64,000 bases of DNA, from positions 3,782,001 through 3,846,000 of the forward strand of contig OX597835.1 of the NCBI GenBank assembly GCA_951406725.2, read 5' to 3'. The notes below the pieces were generated by a model. The model saw nothing but the letters and a program-made list of their open reading frames with translations. It ran no database searches and was not told the DNA's origin. A program made the translations under genes and the position numbers. This DNA comes from Octopus vulgaris. Lineage: Eukaryota. Below, one piece after another: positions 13,423-26,985 of the stretch (its first letter is position 1; the number at the start of each line of letters is the position of its first letter).

Positions 13423-14101
13423 CACATATATATATATATACACATATATATATATATATACGCACATACACACATGCATATATATATACACACACACAAG
13501 CAGAATACAATCGACCATGCTCTCCTTCACCCTCCACAACCGCCGCCACCCCTGTATGAGTTATGGAAGCTAACTGATAAACGAAGAAATAGTGTGATTG
13601 TAAAGGAGGCGCTGTGTCCGTCCTGTATTCACTGTTTTCCATCCAAACTGGCTGTGACATCAAACCTGCCTTATTTCAAACTATTCTCTCTCCTCCTCCT
13701 TCTCTCTCTCTCTTATCCTCTCTCTCAGCCTCTCTCTCATTCTGTCTCTTCCTCTCTCACTCTCTCTCTCTCTTTGCTGCCAGTTGTGCTGCTTACCTTA
13801 GACTGTTCTATGCACGGACGGTAAAAAAAAGAAAAACCCCTGGCGGCTGCCTACTGAGCAGACATCTCGTCTAGCAGACAGACAATCAGTCTACGGAATT
13901 ATCGCCATTCCTGGCCATTGTTGTTGTTGTTGTTGTTTCTCAGAGATATCTTCGACCAGTGTAAACACTTTGCAGCAGTCTCACTCGTATAGTCGGGACT
14001 ACATGTGAGACAGTCACACACATATACACACACATACACACACATACGCACGCACATACACAACACATAGGTATACATATATACGCACATCCATACATAC
14101 A

Positions 14102-14155
<54 letters not shown>

Positions 14156-14664
14156 CATACATACATACATACATACATACATACAAATAGCTAAGCACAT
14201 GCATATACCTACACAACAGAACAGAAATACATTCACATGCCTAAGCGTAGAGATACACATACACACATAAACATATATACAGATGACAGCAAAGGCGTAT
14301 ACTTTACAACACACACACACACATACACACACACACACACACACACATACACACACATACGCACATACACACATGCACACACACACACGCTCACTCACAC
14401 ACACATACGCACAGAAGATCTGGAATGTATTAACAATCGTAACTTGACCCCCACCCCTCACTCCGCCACCAGACGACTTTCACTTTACCAAACTGATACG
14501 AAGTACAGTTTGGTTCCGCGACCGAATAATCTTTTTATCTATTTATTTGCCCCAGGGTGTCGGGCCGCGGTCAGTTTGTTTCTCAGAAGCTTGTTCCGTC
14601 GTAGAATTTTTCGTTTTCATTTCTCCATTTTTAAGATTGTTTTGCTTCAGTGAATTATTTGTCG

Positions 14665-14942
14665 GCTCTTTTACTCTTTTACTTGTTTCAGTCATTTGAC
14701 TGCGGCCATGCTGGAGCACCGCCTTTAGTCGAGCAAATCGACCCCAGGACTTATTCTTTGTAAGCCTAGTACTAATTCTATCGGCCATTTTTGTCGAACC
14801 GCTGGGTTACGGGGACGTAAACACACCAGCATCGGTTGTCAAGCGATGTTGGGGGGACAAACACAAACACATAAACACACACACATACATATACTCTTTT
14901 ACTTGTTTCAGCCATCCGGCTGAGGCCATGCTGGGGCACCGC
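14665..14942 (-). mobile_element. SINE family A 3' half plus an extra tail fragment
   Basis: Homology to family A. Confidence 0.85.
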
Positions 14943-14966
14943 ATATATATATACATATATACATAT

Positions 14967-15042
<76 letters not shown>

Positions 15043-15046
<4 letters not shown>

Positions 15047-15261
15047 CGGAGATGTACTCGCATAGCAAGTAATTTGATCTGAGATCGTGTGCTGAAACGA
15101 AAACAATTGCAGCGTGGAAGGTGTTTATAAGCCATTTAAGAAACACACAAAAGCCGTTCAATTCACTCCAACATTTAAGTTTTGTCAAAATATTTTCGTC
15201 TCTAAAATCCGCGACCTGTTCACTGACAAAGTCCGTGCTGCATCAAAGTCCGTGCTGCTGT

Positions 15262-15262
<1 letters not shown>
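15043..15262 (-). mobile_element. Family P4 short element between two (TA)n arrays
   Basis: About 220 bp of complex sequence inside (TA)n; contains the hammerhead fold at 15181-15230. Confidence 0.6.
15181..15230 (-). ncRNA. Putative minimal hammerhead ribozyme, G3:C8 core variant
   Basis: UUUGUCA-GUGAACA-G-GUCGC(GGAUUUUA)GAGAC-GAA-AAUAUU-U-UGACAAA: 7-bp stem I, palindromic stem III. Confidence 0.6.
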
Positions 15263-15358
<96 letters not shown>

Positions 15359-15449
15359 GTTGAAATAGAAAGATGAATTTTCTTGTTACAGATTACTCAA
15401 AAGTTTAACCGATACCTGGGTAGCAAAAATCACAGCAGAATATACATAT

Positions 15450-15550
15450 ATACGACGGGCTTCTTTCAGTTTCCGCCTACCAAATCCACTCACAAGGCTG
15501 TGGTCGGCCCGGGGTTATAGTAGAAGACACTTGCCCAAGGTGCCACGCAG
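15450..15550 (-). mobile_element. SINE family A, middle fragment
   Basis: Homology to family A. Confidence 0.8.
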
Positions 15551-15752
15551 GCTTGCGAGGAAGGGATGGCCTCCCTTTGCAAATACCTTAAGAGCACAGA
15601 AAGTGTGCCTAAAGCCAGCTGGAGACGATGATCTCCTGGGGCTAAAAAGCTACAGTAACACCCCCCTTTGTGGTTAGCCATATTGAGATGGCTTTTATAC
15701 TTTACATTGTCGTGCGATTACTGTTTACATCTCGTTCTGAGATTTAATAATG

Positions 15753-15815
<63 letters not shown>

Positions 15816-16374
15816 TGTGATATGTAAGTGAAAAGAAAACGAGGGATAGAAATGGAATCAGGTTGTTCTAGGTCGGAGAAGAACAAGAATCGCAGTAAGA
15901 GTTTACAATTTAACCAAATCTGATTTTGATGAAGTTTAGAGGAATATCTCTCTTTGATGTGTTTTAATGAGCGACTGTTTCCTCATTGAAAAAAAGGGTC
16001 AACTGTTTAAGGGCTACTTTAGCGGTTGGTTAGTTGCTTAACCAGCTTCCTTCCAGCTTGTGTTCTCAATACCATGAAATTCCAGTCTTTGTACCAATGA
16101 TGCTGATGCTGGTTGTGGTGGTGGTGGTGCTGCTGCTGATGATGATGATGGTGGTGATGATGACAGAAAGAAAGAAAGAAAGAAAGAAAGAAAGGAGAGA
16201 AGAAAGAAAGAAGCTTGAATCTTATTTCCGTCTCTGCCTGTTGTGCTGACCCACATAAATGGTAGCAAATATTGTCAACATCCTTTCACGCAGAAAGTTC
16301 TGGAACTCGTGTTTATTGTGTTTTGCAGGAGAGAGGAATGTCCGACGTAAAACTTGGATCCGCTGCGCAGTGCG

Positions 16375-16443
<69 letters not shown>

Positions 16444-16616
16444 GAAAAAATTATTTATGGACCTGCGAACGTGATAGTCTTTAATACGATTGCTAATCTA
16501 CTAAAACTAGTAGTTAAATCTTCCTCAAATCACATTACACTGCCTTAAAAGTAAAGGGACAGATTGGGCGGTGTCGGTGTTGTTATATAAAATTAGGAAG
16601 AACAACAAGAACAACG

Positions 16617-16805
16617 TGGAGGCGCAATGGCCCAGTGGTTAGGGCAGCAGACTCGCGGTCGTAAGAACGCAGTTTCGACTCCCAGACCGAGCATTGTGAG
16701 TGTTCATTGAGCAAAAATACATAAGCTCCACGAGGCTCTGGCGGGGGTTGGGTGGTGAACCCCACTGTACTCTTTCACCGCAACTTTCTCTCACTCTTTC
16801 TTCCT
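16617..16805 (+). mobile_element. SINE family C, 3'-truncated
   Basis: tRNA-like head GGCGCAATGGCCCAGTGGTTAGGGC..GTTTCGACTCC; homologous to 23835. Confidence 0.85.
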
Positions 16806-17714
16806 ACTTCTGCCACAAAGCAGAGGAACCATGGTGTAACCCACTATGGTGTGGTAAACTTTCAGACCCAGGTCTAGATTGCGAATCCTCTGTACCCCAG
16901 GATGGTTCAGCTCTCCACCCGTTAAAAGCCACCGTTTACGGAATGAGGATAAGAACGTAGCTTTCGCGCCCGTGCAAACGCCAGTCTATCGCGTGTGGTG
17001 GGTGGATCTTCAAGTTACCACACGCATTCTTATTAGCTTAGACTCGAATTAGAGATTATTCTTTGTGGCTAATGGCGTGAGTCCTGATTGGAAGAAGAAG
17101 AAGAAGAAGAAGAAGTTATTCTCTTTTTTTCTTTAGTTGTTACTTTGAAGAGATAAAAGATTTTATTTGGTGCCCTGTCTAAGAGATATTATTAATCGCC
17201 AATGAAATTCATTGATGTTTGTGTTTATATGAGAAAAGAATTCTTGTTTGCACACTTATCTAGGAAAGAATTGTTTACAAAAGATCTGAATCGACTGGAA
17301 TTATAATTCGTTGTAGTCGTGTTGTTTCGAGATAATCCAATATGGAATATGTTTATAAAGAAAACGAATAATTGAAATAATTGAAAAGCTGTTAAAATAG
17401 AATACTGTTTGAGATAAAGATATGAAATAATCAGTAAAATGTAGAAATCTGTTTATCTCAGCCGAAAGTGCGGAACATTTTCGGTTTCCGTTTTGGTAAG
17501 TTGACAGACTTAGATATTTGTCGTGGATAATTTTTCGCATATTTCTGTGTATTTGTTGACCTTTCACGTGATACTATGCTCCCGACCACATGGCTCGATG
17601 ACCTTGTCTTTTTTCTTTTTTTTTTTTTTTGTGGCCCTGTCTTTATGACACCATTCCCTGGCAGCGTTTTCTTTAAACGCCCTGGCAAACTGAAGTGAAT
17701 GATACTGTTGTTAA

Positions 17715-17918
17715 CAGAGAGGAGACAAACAAGGACAGACAGACGGATTAAGTCGATTACATCGACCCCATTGCGTAACTGGTACTTAATTTATCGACCC
17801 CGAAAGGATGAAAGGCAAAGTCGACCTCGGCGGAATTTGAACTCAGAACGTAACGCCAGACGAAACACGGCTACGCGTTTCGCCCGGCGTGCTAACGTTT
17901 CTGCCAGCTCGCCGCCTC
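17715..17918 (-). mobile_element. SINE family B
   Basis: Homology to family B. Confidence 0.85.
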
Positions 17919-18057
17919 TAAACAGTTTCTGTCTCACCAGTACCACTCTCAAGGTCAAGGTCTACCTGAGGTTTGTAGAAAAAAAAAACTACAATAATCT
18001 CTTTGTAGAAAGGTGAGGACCTGTGTTAAGCGGAGTGGGTGATGGCGATAATTAATA

Positions 18058-18334
18058 ATGGGAAACTACCACCTGTGTCATCTCTTGTGAAAGGTAGGAG
18101 AGTCCAGTTTGCTGGACATTGTTGTAGAGCTGAAAAAGAAGTAATTTCTACTCTTCTCCTCTGGAAGCCACCTACTCGCAATACCAGAGGGCGCACACTC
18201 TCCTACCCTGATGTAATCTCCAGGGATACAGGCATCCAGCAACAGGACCTCCGTAATGCCATGATGGACCGTGAAGTCTGGCGTAGCATGGTAAATTCCA
18301 TTGCCTCGACCACAGTCGAACAATGATGATGATG
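18058..18334 (+). mobile_element. RTE-clade LINE 3' fragment
   Basis: GKLPPVSS..STTVEQ* nearly identical to 8010-8378; (TGA)n tail; TAATGGG occurs at both junctions. Confidence 0.85.
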
Positions 18335-19634
18335 AGTAATGGGGTTATAGCGGTGAGGATTGTTGTGTCAGTGATGTTGTTGATGGTGGCGATGATTCTG
18401 CTGTTGCTAGTAATAGTGATTAAGGCAGTGATGATGATGTTATTCAAATATTTGACATGCGCAGTGGTGATGATGATAGTGATGATTGTGATGGCGTTGA
18501 AGGTAGTGATGATGGAAATGATGATGTTGTGGCCATGGTGGTGATGATGATGATGATGATGATGTTGGCTACGACGGTGGTGACGGCTGTGATGCTGGTA
18601 CTAATGTTGGCGATATTGGTGATGCTGACGATGTTGGGAGCTGTGGTGTAGAGCACGGGGCCGGAGAAGGGGGCTGGGTCTAAGTGCTTCCCTGTGTTTG
18701 ACGATAGTGACAGCTGGTATCAACCCCGGAATCGCTCTTAATGGCTGGCCCTATCAGATAAGTGCGCCCTCATTGTTGGTGAGTTTGTTGTCTCTGTGTT
18801 CGTGTGCGTATCTGTGTGTGTCTGTGTGAGGTCTGTGTGTTGTGTGTGTGTATGTGTGTGTGTGTGTGTGGATTACACGAGTGAACAGGAGTATATCTTT
18901 ATGAATGTACATTTACACATGTGTATGAATTTACCCACGCACACACACACACAAGCACGCAGGCGCTCATGCACACACACAAAAAAACTGCACACACACA
19001 CACACACACATACACACGCAAGCACACATTACACATATACAAACGCGCACATATAAACACACGCGCACACTCATACACACACACACACACACTCACACAA
19101 TGGTTTATAAATACACCTTATAAGAAAACACTAAAAATTAAATTACAATACATAGAAATAAAGCTATAAATATAATATATTCTACGACTGGATGCATCGT
19201 GTTTTGCCCGGGTGTTACAGACGAGTCCGTGAAATCGTCTTCAGCGGTTTCGTAAACAGAAACGTATGACTGTGTAGCCGTTTATGTATTTACACACCGT
19301 CACACAGAACCTTGTGACGAGTGGAAACTACTAATAAACTACTAATAAAATACCAGTCAATCACATTCATTCTGTTCTGCTTTGGAAGAAAGAATGCTCA
19401 ATTCTTTCCTGAAACAAATAAATTATAAAAATGTAACAGGTAGAAAATATGTTACCATAATAATTATATAGGCGCAGGTGTGGCTGTGTGGTAAGAAGCT
19501 TGCTTCCCCGGGCACTTTTTGTCTTCTCTCATCCTTATCATCCTTGTATCATTATCATTCATGCCATTAATGTCTGTGTCCAGCCCGCAAGCTTCTATCT
19601 GTGTGCTGCCCTTGTGGCAAATTTAATGAAATAA

Positions 19635-20043
19635 AGAAGCTTGCTTCCCAACCACATGGTTCCGGGTTCAGTCCCATTGCGTGACACTTTGGGCAAATAT
19701 CTTCTACACATACACACACTATAGCCTCTACTATAGCCTCGAGCCGACCAAAGCCTTGTGAGTGGATTTAGTAGACAGAAACAGAAAGAAGCGCGTCGTA
19801 TATAAGTGTATGTGTGTGTATGTATGTGTTTATATGTATGTGTGTTTGCCCCTGCTCCCTTTATCGATTGACAACCGATGCTGGTTTTTATATCACCATA
19901 ACTTAACAATTCCGCGGAAGATACCAATAAAATAAATACCAGGTTTATAGAAAAGTAGTCCTGGGGTCGACTTCTTCGACTAAAACCTTTTAAGGCGGTG
20001 CTCCAGTATGGCTATAGTCAAATGACTAAAACGAATAAAAGAA
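19635..20043 (+). mobile_element. SINE family A (diverged; a separate head fragment lies at 19470-19510)
   Basis: Homology to family A. Confidence 0.8.
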
Positions 20044-21159
20044 TATTGATAAACATTTTGATATAATATTAATAGATATTTCAATGTTGCAACAAAAGTT
20101 ATTTTCGTGTGCAAGTTTAATTATGGCAAGCTTAATTAAGTTTATCCAGCTCGCCTTAGATTTGTCTTTTAACCCCATTTGACACCGTGGACCTAATCCT
20201 GAATAGAGAATTCAGAGTTTGAGTTCAAATTCACTTCAGCCTCTCTACGTGTTTTCCATACTGAGCATATATATCTAGCTCTCACCTATTGTGTGTCGGT
20301 GTGTGTGTGTGTGTGTGTGTATGTGTGTGTGTGTGTGTGTGTGTAGTAAACTGCTCGGAGTGAAGCAATACACACACGTTCACACACACACACACACTCT
20401 CTCTCTCATACGCACACTCTTTCTTTCTCTCTCTCTCTCATACGCACCCTCTTTCTTTCTCTCTCTCTCTCATACGCACACTCTTTCTTTCTCTCTCTCT
20501 CTCTCATACGCACACTCTTTCTTTCTCTCTCATAAGCACACTCTTTCTTTCTCTCTCTCTCTCTCTCTCTCTCTTTCACACACACACACATACTCAAAAT
20601 ATTTTGTTAAACTGTTGAGTACAGATGTTGAAACATAATTATAGTTTTTATTGGATTATTTCATTTTTGATTAAATTTCGAAGCAGGTCCAAGTAAATGA
20701 GTGCCGAGAAGAGAAGTGAAAGGTGTCGGCGTGAGATGGGGTACCAAAGATCACATGACATGCAACGTAATGAATGGATGTGTATTGAGCTGTGGCCGGA
20801 AACGAACGTGTCATTAGCTGGGCGTCAGCTGGAAAATGAAATAAACAAGATAATAACCCAAAATCAAACTTCATCGATTGGAGATCCGTTCGATCAGAGA
20901 TGATCAGTAATCAAACAACACATACATATATGCATTCACGCATACATACATACATGCATGCATGCATTCCCCCATACATACATACATACATACATACATA
21001 CATACATGTACACACACCTATTTCAGATAAGACATTCTTTTTCTCAACACTTAATGCCGAAATGTGCTGGAACGAACCAGCATCACCTCCACCCCGCCAC
21101 TACCGGACTACCTCCCACCAGCACCACATATCAATACCCTCCCACCTCCAACCACCTAT

Positions 21160-21398
21160 TGTGTGTTGGTGTGTGTGTGTGTGTTGTGTGTATTTGTGTA
21201 TGTTTGTTTGTGTGTGTGTATTTGTGCGTTGTGTGTATTTGTGTGTTGTGTGTATTTGTGTGTGTGTGTGTGTGTGTGTATGTGTGTGTGTGTGTCTGTG
21301 TGCCATTACTTGTGTGTGTGTGTGTGTGTGTATTTGTGTGTGTTTGTTTGTGTGTGTGTGTGTATTTGTGCGTTGTGTGTATTTGTGTGTTGTGTGTA

Positions 21399-21432
<34 letters not shown>

Positions 21433-21545
21433 TGTGTGTCATTATTTGTGTGTGTGTGTGTGTGTGTGGTGTGTGTATTTGTGTGTGTTTGTTTGTGTGT
21501 GTGTGTGTGTCTGTGTGCCATTACTTGTGTGTGTGTGTGTCATTA
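21160..21545. repeat. (TG)-based higher-order repeat
   Basis: Recurring GTATTTGTGCGTTGTGTGTATTTG and GTCTGTGTGCCATTACTT motifs within (TG)n. Confidence 0.85.
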
Positions 21546-22100
21546 CTATAACCTGCAATAAGGGAGGCGGAGGCGGAGGCGGAAGAGGAGAAGCGGGAGG
21601 CGTAACAATGGTTGAGGAGCAGGAGGAGTCGGAATATATACAGTGGCAGCCTCCTCCCCCCACCTTCAATTGTCATCCTCTACTCCACCCGCCGCCGCCT
21701 CTTCAGTCTACGCACTTTACAAATAGCTACTTCCGATCATCACCGCCACCACCACCCACCACCACCACCACCACCACCACCACCACCACCACCAACACCA
21801 CAGATCATCACCACAATTAACACTACCACCATGACTCCATCACACGCAATACTACCACCACCACCACCACTCTAAATCGCCCCCCTCCCTCCCACTATTG
21901 TGATAATGTTGCTGTAACTCTCTGCTTATCTCGAGTCTCGACAATTAACTCCATATTGTAGCGAGTCCTGTTCCACGGTGAGGTTGTCTAATCTTTGTTT
22001 TATAGTGTTTCTTCATCTTGTCTACACCTGATCAGATTAGCGATGCTTACAACAATTACAACAACGATGATAATAACAATAATAACAATAACAATAACAA

Positions 22101-22151
<51 letters not shown>

Positions 22152-22159
22152 TAATAATA

Positions 22160-22202
<43 letters not shown>

Positions 22203-22206
<4 letters not shown>

Positions 22207-22360
22207 ACATCCTACGCAGAACACTTTCCATACAATAACCATCAGAGCATCACAACAAATCACAGCACATACCCAAGGCACACAGAGCTGCGCTCGGTAG
22301 TGAAGTGAAAGCACGCTATAAAAATAAAACTACGGAATAATAATAATAATAATAATAATA
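22203..22360 (+). mobile_element. R4/Dong-like LINE extreme 3' end (family D1) within (AAT)n
   Basis: Reads HILRRTLSIQ* (cf. R4/Dong TAHILRKVL terminus), then a short UTR and (AAT)n; second copy at 51786. Confidence 0.7.
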
Positions 22361-22409
22361 GACTTACCTCCGTGGCGTGCCAGATGGCAGGACTAAACGT
22401 TTATGAACA

Positions 22410-22990
22410 GAACACGCCGGGCGAAATGCTTAGCAGTATTTCATCTGCCGTTACGTTCTGAGTTCAAATTCCGCCGAGGTCGACTTAGCCTCTCATCCTT
22501 TCGGGGTCGATTAAATAAGTACCAGTTACGCACTAGGGGTCGATGTAATCGACTTAATCCGTTTGTCTGTCCTTGTTTTTGTCCCCTCTGTGTTTAGCCC
22601 CTCGTGGGTAGTAAAGAAATAGGTATTTCGTCTGCCGCTACGTTCTGAGTTCAAATTCCGCCGAGGTCGACTTAGCCTTTCATCCTTTCGGGGTCGATTA
22701 AATAAGTACCAGTTCCGCACTGAGATCGATGTAATCGACTTAATCCGTTTGTCTGTCCTTGTTTGTCCCCTCTGTGTTTAGCCCCTTGTGGGTAGTAAAG
22801 AAATAGGTATTTCGTCTGCCGCTACGTTCTGAGTTCAAATTCCGCCGAGGTCGACTTAGCCTTTCATCCTTTCGGGGTCGATTAAATAAGTACCAGTTAC
22901 GCACTGGGGTCGATGTAATCGACTTAATCCGTTTGTCTGTCCTTGTTTATCCCCTCTGTGTTTAGACCCTTGTGGGCAGTAAAGAAATAT
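22410..22990 (+). mobile_element. SINE family B with three tandem units of about 185 bp
   Basis: Units start at about 22436, 22623 and 22807. Confidence 0.9.
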
Positions 22991-23687
22991 ATTTAGCAAA
23001 CGGGGGAAAACTCTTCGTTGCCCTCGCAAACTGCTAGAATTAGGGTCCATGTCTTCAGGAAATCACACGCAAAATGTTTAAAATAATGGTAACATTGGTT
23101 AATGTGGTCATAGTTACAATAAAATAAGACTGGATAATCGATATAATTGACGGAGTTCAACCAATATTTCTACAACTACTGTATTAAAAGCACGAGAGAA
23201 ATAAGGATAAATGTCTTTAGTTTTATTTTCTGTTTCAGTTGTAAACAAAAGCCATCGACCATCAAGACTGGATAAACTAGTAGCACCCTATTTTTAAGGG
23301 TTAAGCCGTCGGCGACTAAATAGGCAACGTCTCTCAAACGTCTTCCCTTAATGTATAGAGAGAAGATGACTAGGTTGTCTAAAAAAAAGGGAATAAACTC
23401 AACAAGAGGACACAACCCTCCATCAAACTTATAAACAAAAAGGGGTCCCTTTACAAATAATTTGCGTCTCGCATCACTGACGGTCTTATCCAATCCCTCA
23501 GTCCTTCTTTCTCTGGTGGTCTCGTTAGAAACGATAACACTCCTTTCATTTTAATCCAAAGTCCCATCCCATTATGTTCCTTAAATTCAGCGCCATGTTT
23601 TCTTTACACTCTTCTAACATATCAAATGAAATGACTCCTCAAAAACACTTTGTAGCTTACACGAGCACATTCTTAATATAGTTAGCC

Positions 23688-23742
<55 letters not shown>

Positions 23743-23834
23743 TGTTACTATGGCCCGATCTTGTAAAGGGCAATGTTATTTTACGATTTGTACGTTTTAC
23801 GTTGATTTCCTTATACAACTTATTAAAATTAAGT

Positions 23835-24205
23835 GGAGGCGCAATGGCCCAGTGGTTAGGGCAGCGGACTCGCGGTCGGAGGATCGCGGTTTCGATTCCC
23901 AGACCGGGCGTTGTGAGTGTTTATTGAGCGAAAACACCTAAAAGCTCCACGAGGCTCCGGCAGGGGATGGTGGTGATCCCTGCTGTACTCTTTCACCACA
24001 ACTTTCTCTCACTCTTACTTCCTGTTTCTGTTGTACCTGTATTTCAAGGGGCCAGCCTTGTCACTCTCTGTGTCACGCTGAATATCCCCGAGAACTACGT
24101 TAAGGGTACACGTGTCTGTGGAGTGCTCAGCCACTTACAGGTTAATTTCACGAGCAGGCTGTTCCGTTGATTCGGATCAACCGGAACCCTCATCGTCGTA
24201 ACCGT
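23835..24205 (+). mobile_element. SINE family C, full length
   Basis: tRNA-like head with A and B boxes; near-identical inverted copy at 57462-57838. Confidence 0.9.
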
Positions 24206-24337
24206 CATACTTAGTATGAAAATTAATAGAAAAAATGCGACTTAACCAACTCTACTGATTTCCAGGTCGTAGATCTCAATACATGGTGTTCAACATGATG
24301 AGTTACTAAAATACCAGCAAAGTACAAGAGGTATCCA

Positions 24338-24886
24338 CGAGGTGATATCAAACATCCCCAGACTAGTTCTGTAGCGCGCCAATAGATGACAACACACGGT
24401 TGCATGTGCAATGAGGGCTAGCAGTGACCTCCACGAGGCAGTGTGCCGAGTGACATGGCTGTGTTTACTTCACATATTGTGAAATTTGTGTTTTGTCATG
24501 GACAGCAAGTTGGAACAAAGAGGCAACGCGAAATCTTGCGTTAAACTTGGGATGTCTGCTTCAGAGATATTGAGTATTAACCCTGAATCGAAGCAGTAGT
24601 CGTCGCAATGGAAGAGCCCTCTATTGGCCAGATTTAGCACTTGCAGAAAGGCAGCTCAAAGGTTACCGTTTTAACATCGTTGTCGAGATCTAGAGCGAAT
24701 CGCGGAAGACCCTCGACTCGCTTACGGAAAACGACTTCCGGGCCGGATTCCAATAATGTCAGGAACGCTGGGATCGGTGTATTGCCCGGTGTATTTCGAA
24801 AGGGATGATGTTAAAGCTTAGATAAAAAAAAAAAAGTAATTCTTTATTAAACATTACTAGTCCTGGAACCTTGTGGTACCCCCTCG
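24338..24886 (+). mobile_element. Internally deleted mariner-like transposon
   Basis: Imperfect TIRs (CGAGG..GACTAGT / ACTAGTC..CCTCG-TA); transposase pieces MDSKLEQR..CVKLG, NPESKQ*SSQWKSP, PDLA, QERWDRCI, YFE. Confidence 0.8.
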
Positions 24887-25037
24887 TATTATTTTCATCT
24901 CTGTAATTCCATAGGAATTGCTTCGATGTCGATACAAATATGGCAACCCCATTTTTGGCTACGTTGAAACGATCATATGGAGTTGTGCTATACACTCCTT
25001 ACTTTAAATTGTTGACTTCAAGTTGATACCAATAATA

Positions 25038-25437
25038 CTCTTTCACTTGTTTCAGTCATTTGACTGCGGCTATGCTGGAGCACCACCTTTAGTCGAGCAA
25101 ATCGACCTCAGGACTTATTCTTTGTAAGCCTAGTACTTATTCTATCGGTCACTTTTTGCCGAACCGCTAAGTTACGGGGACGTAAACACACCAGCATCGG
25201 TTGGCAAGCGATGTTGGGGGAACAAACACAGACACAAACATATACACACACATACATATATACATATATACATATATACGACAAGCTTCTTTCAGTTTCT
25301 GTCTACCAAATTCACTCACAAGGCTTTGGTCGGCCCTAGGCTATAGTAGAATACACTTGCCCGCCACGCAGTGGGACTGAACCCGGATCCATGTGGTAAG
25401 TAAGCAAGCTACTTACCATACAGCCACTCATACGCCT
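25038..25437 (-). mobile_element. SINE family A, full length
   Basis: Homology to family A. Confidence 0.9.
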
Positions 25438-25515
25438 ATTGTCGATAAATTTGAATATATTATATTGAATGAAACTGAATTTTGAGTTATATCTATCTCT
25501 CCAGCTATTTGTTTC

Positions 25516-25668
<153 letters not shown>

Positions 25669-26654
25669 CATGCAGTATGGCCCGGAGCTGATAAATAAAA
25701 GCACTCATACTTCCGACTGCACTTTAGTATTTGAGACAAGTTTCGGTGTAATCCACGTCTCGGAAAATCATTGATCAACCCGCTGCATCTGTCGGAAACA
25801 ATTACATTGTCGTGAATTGAATTTGTTGACCATGCAGCCTTAACTGCACTATTATCGTTTAGTTCTAGATCAACACTGATCGGACATCTTGTTGTTAAAG
25901 GCGTTCCAAATGTGATCATCCTCCCACCCCTCTAATTTTATCGTAAATACATTACATTTATCTCTTAAGCTTTTAAAGATGATTTGATGAAGACTCGACT
26001 ACTTTTTCTAGCCGGTCGAGCGACCACGTAGAGCAACTTAACGTCGTTGGCTCGCCGCTAAGTCGTATAAAAGACACAAAGGACCTCACACATACACTGA
26101 TAGTTCCCCATTTGAGGGTCATTCACAGCCGGCACCCACTAAAGACGGAAATGGCTTTTGGTATTTGCAGATAATCTGATCTCATTTTAACCAAGACGAA
26201 TTTTAACCGAAGTTTGAATAAAGGCATCATGCTGGCACTTAGAGACTCTTTGGAAGTACCATTCTACTCTTAGAACTCTCAACATATAACATTCTTTGTC
26301 TCCTTTATTCTTTTTTTTTTTGTTTTTTGTCTAAGATGTTTGAACCAAATGACCTGAAAATTCTAGGAGTTCTAGGAATTGGTTTGGCGAGACAAATGGT
26401 CTGCTTCTGGTTAGTCGGAACACGCTGACTTCCTGAAAGCTTGACCTTAGCAGTCCGGCTGCACTGACCAGCCAAATGACCACTCCTTTACCCTCTTTCT
26501 CCCCACTTATCTCATACCTACCCTACCCTTACCAAAGACCATTATTACTTTATGTTGCACCAAAATATCTTATATCTTATATTTACTTGTTTCAGACATT
26601 GAACTTCGGCCAAATTCGGACACTATCGCCTCGAAAAGTATTAGCCGATCATAT

Positions 26655-26985
26655 CGACTTTGCCTTTCATCCTTTCGGGGTTGATAAATTAAGTACCAGT
26701 TACGCACTGGGGTCGATGTAATCGTCTTAATCCCTTTGTCTGTCCTTGTTTGTCCCCTCTGTGTTTAGCCCCTTGGTGGGTAGTAAAGAAATACATATTA
26801 GTCCTCTTTTACTCTCTTTACTCTTTTACTTGTTTCAGTAATTTGACTGTGGCCGTGCTGGAGTACCGCCTTTAGTCGAGCAAATCGATCCCAGGACTTA
26901 TTCTTTGTAAGCCTAATACTTATTCTATGGGTCTCTTTTGCCGAACCACTAAGTTACGGGGACGTAAACACACCAGCATCAGTTG
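26655..26985. mobile_element. SINE B 3' fragment (+) tail-to-tail with SINE A 3' fragment (-)
   Basis: Homology to both families. Confidence 0.8.

Noticed and set aside
22436-22990. CRISPR-like array
   Set aside because: Whole units repeat with no unique spacers; eukaryotic SINE sequence; no cas genes
23835-23910. tRNA gene
   Set aside because: The tRNA-like head continues into a 370-bp dispersed repeat body, so it is a SINE
25700-25920. Minus-strand open frame MITFGTP..KCSRK as an exon
   Set aside because: Weak splice sites, phase incompatible with the 29-kb exon, no recognisable motif
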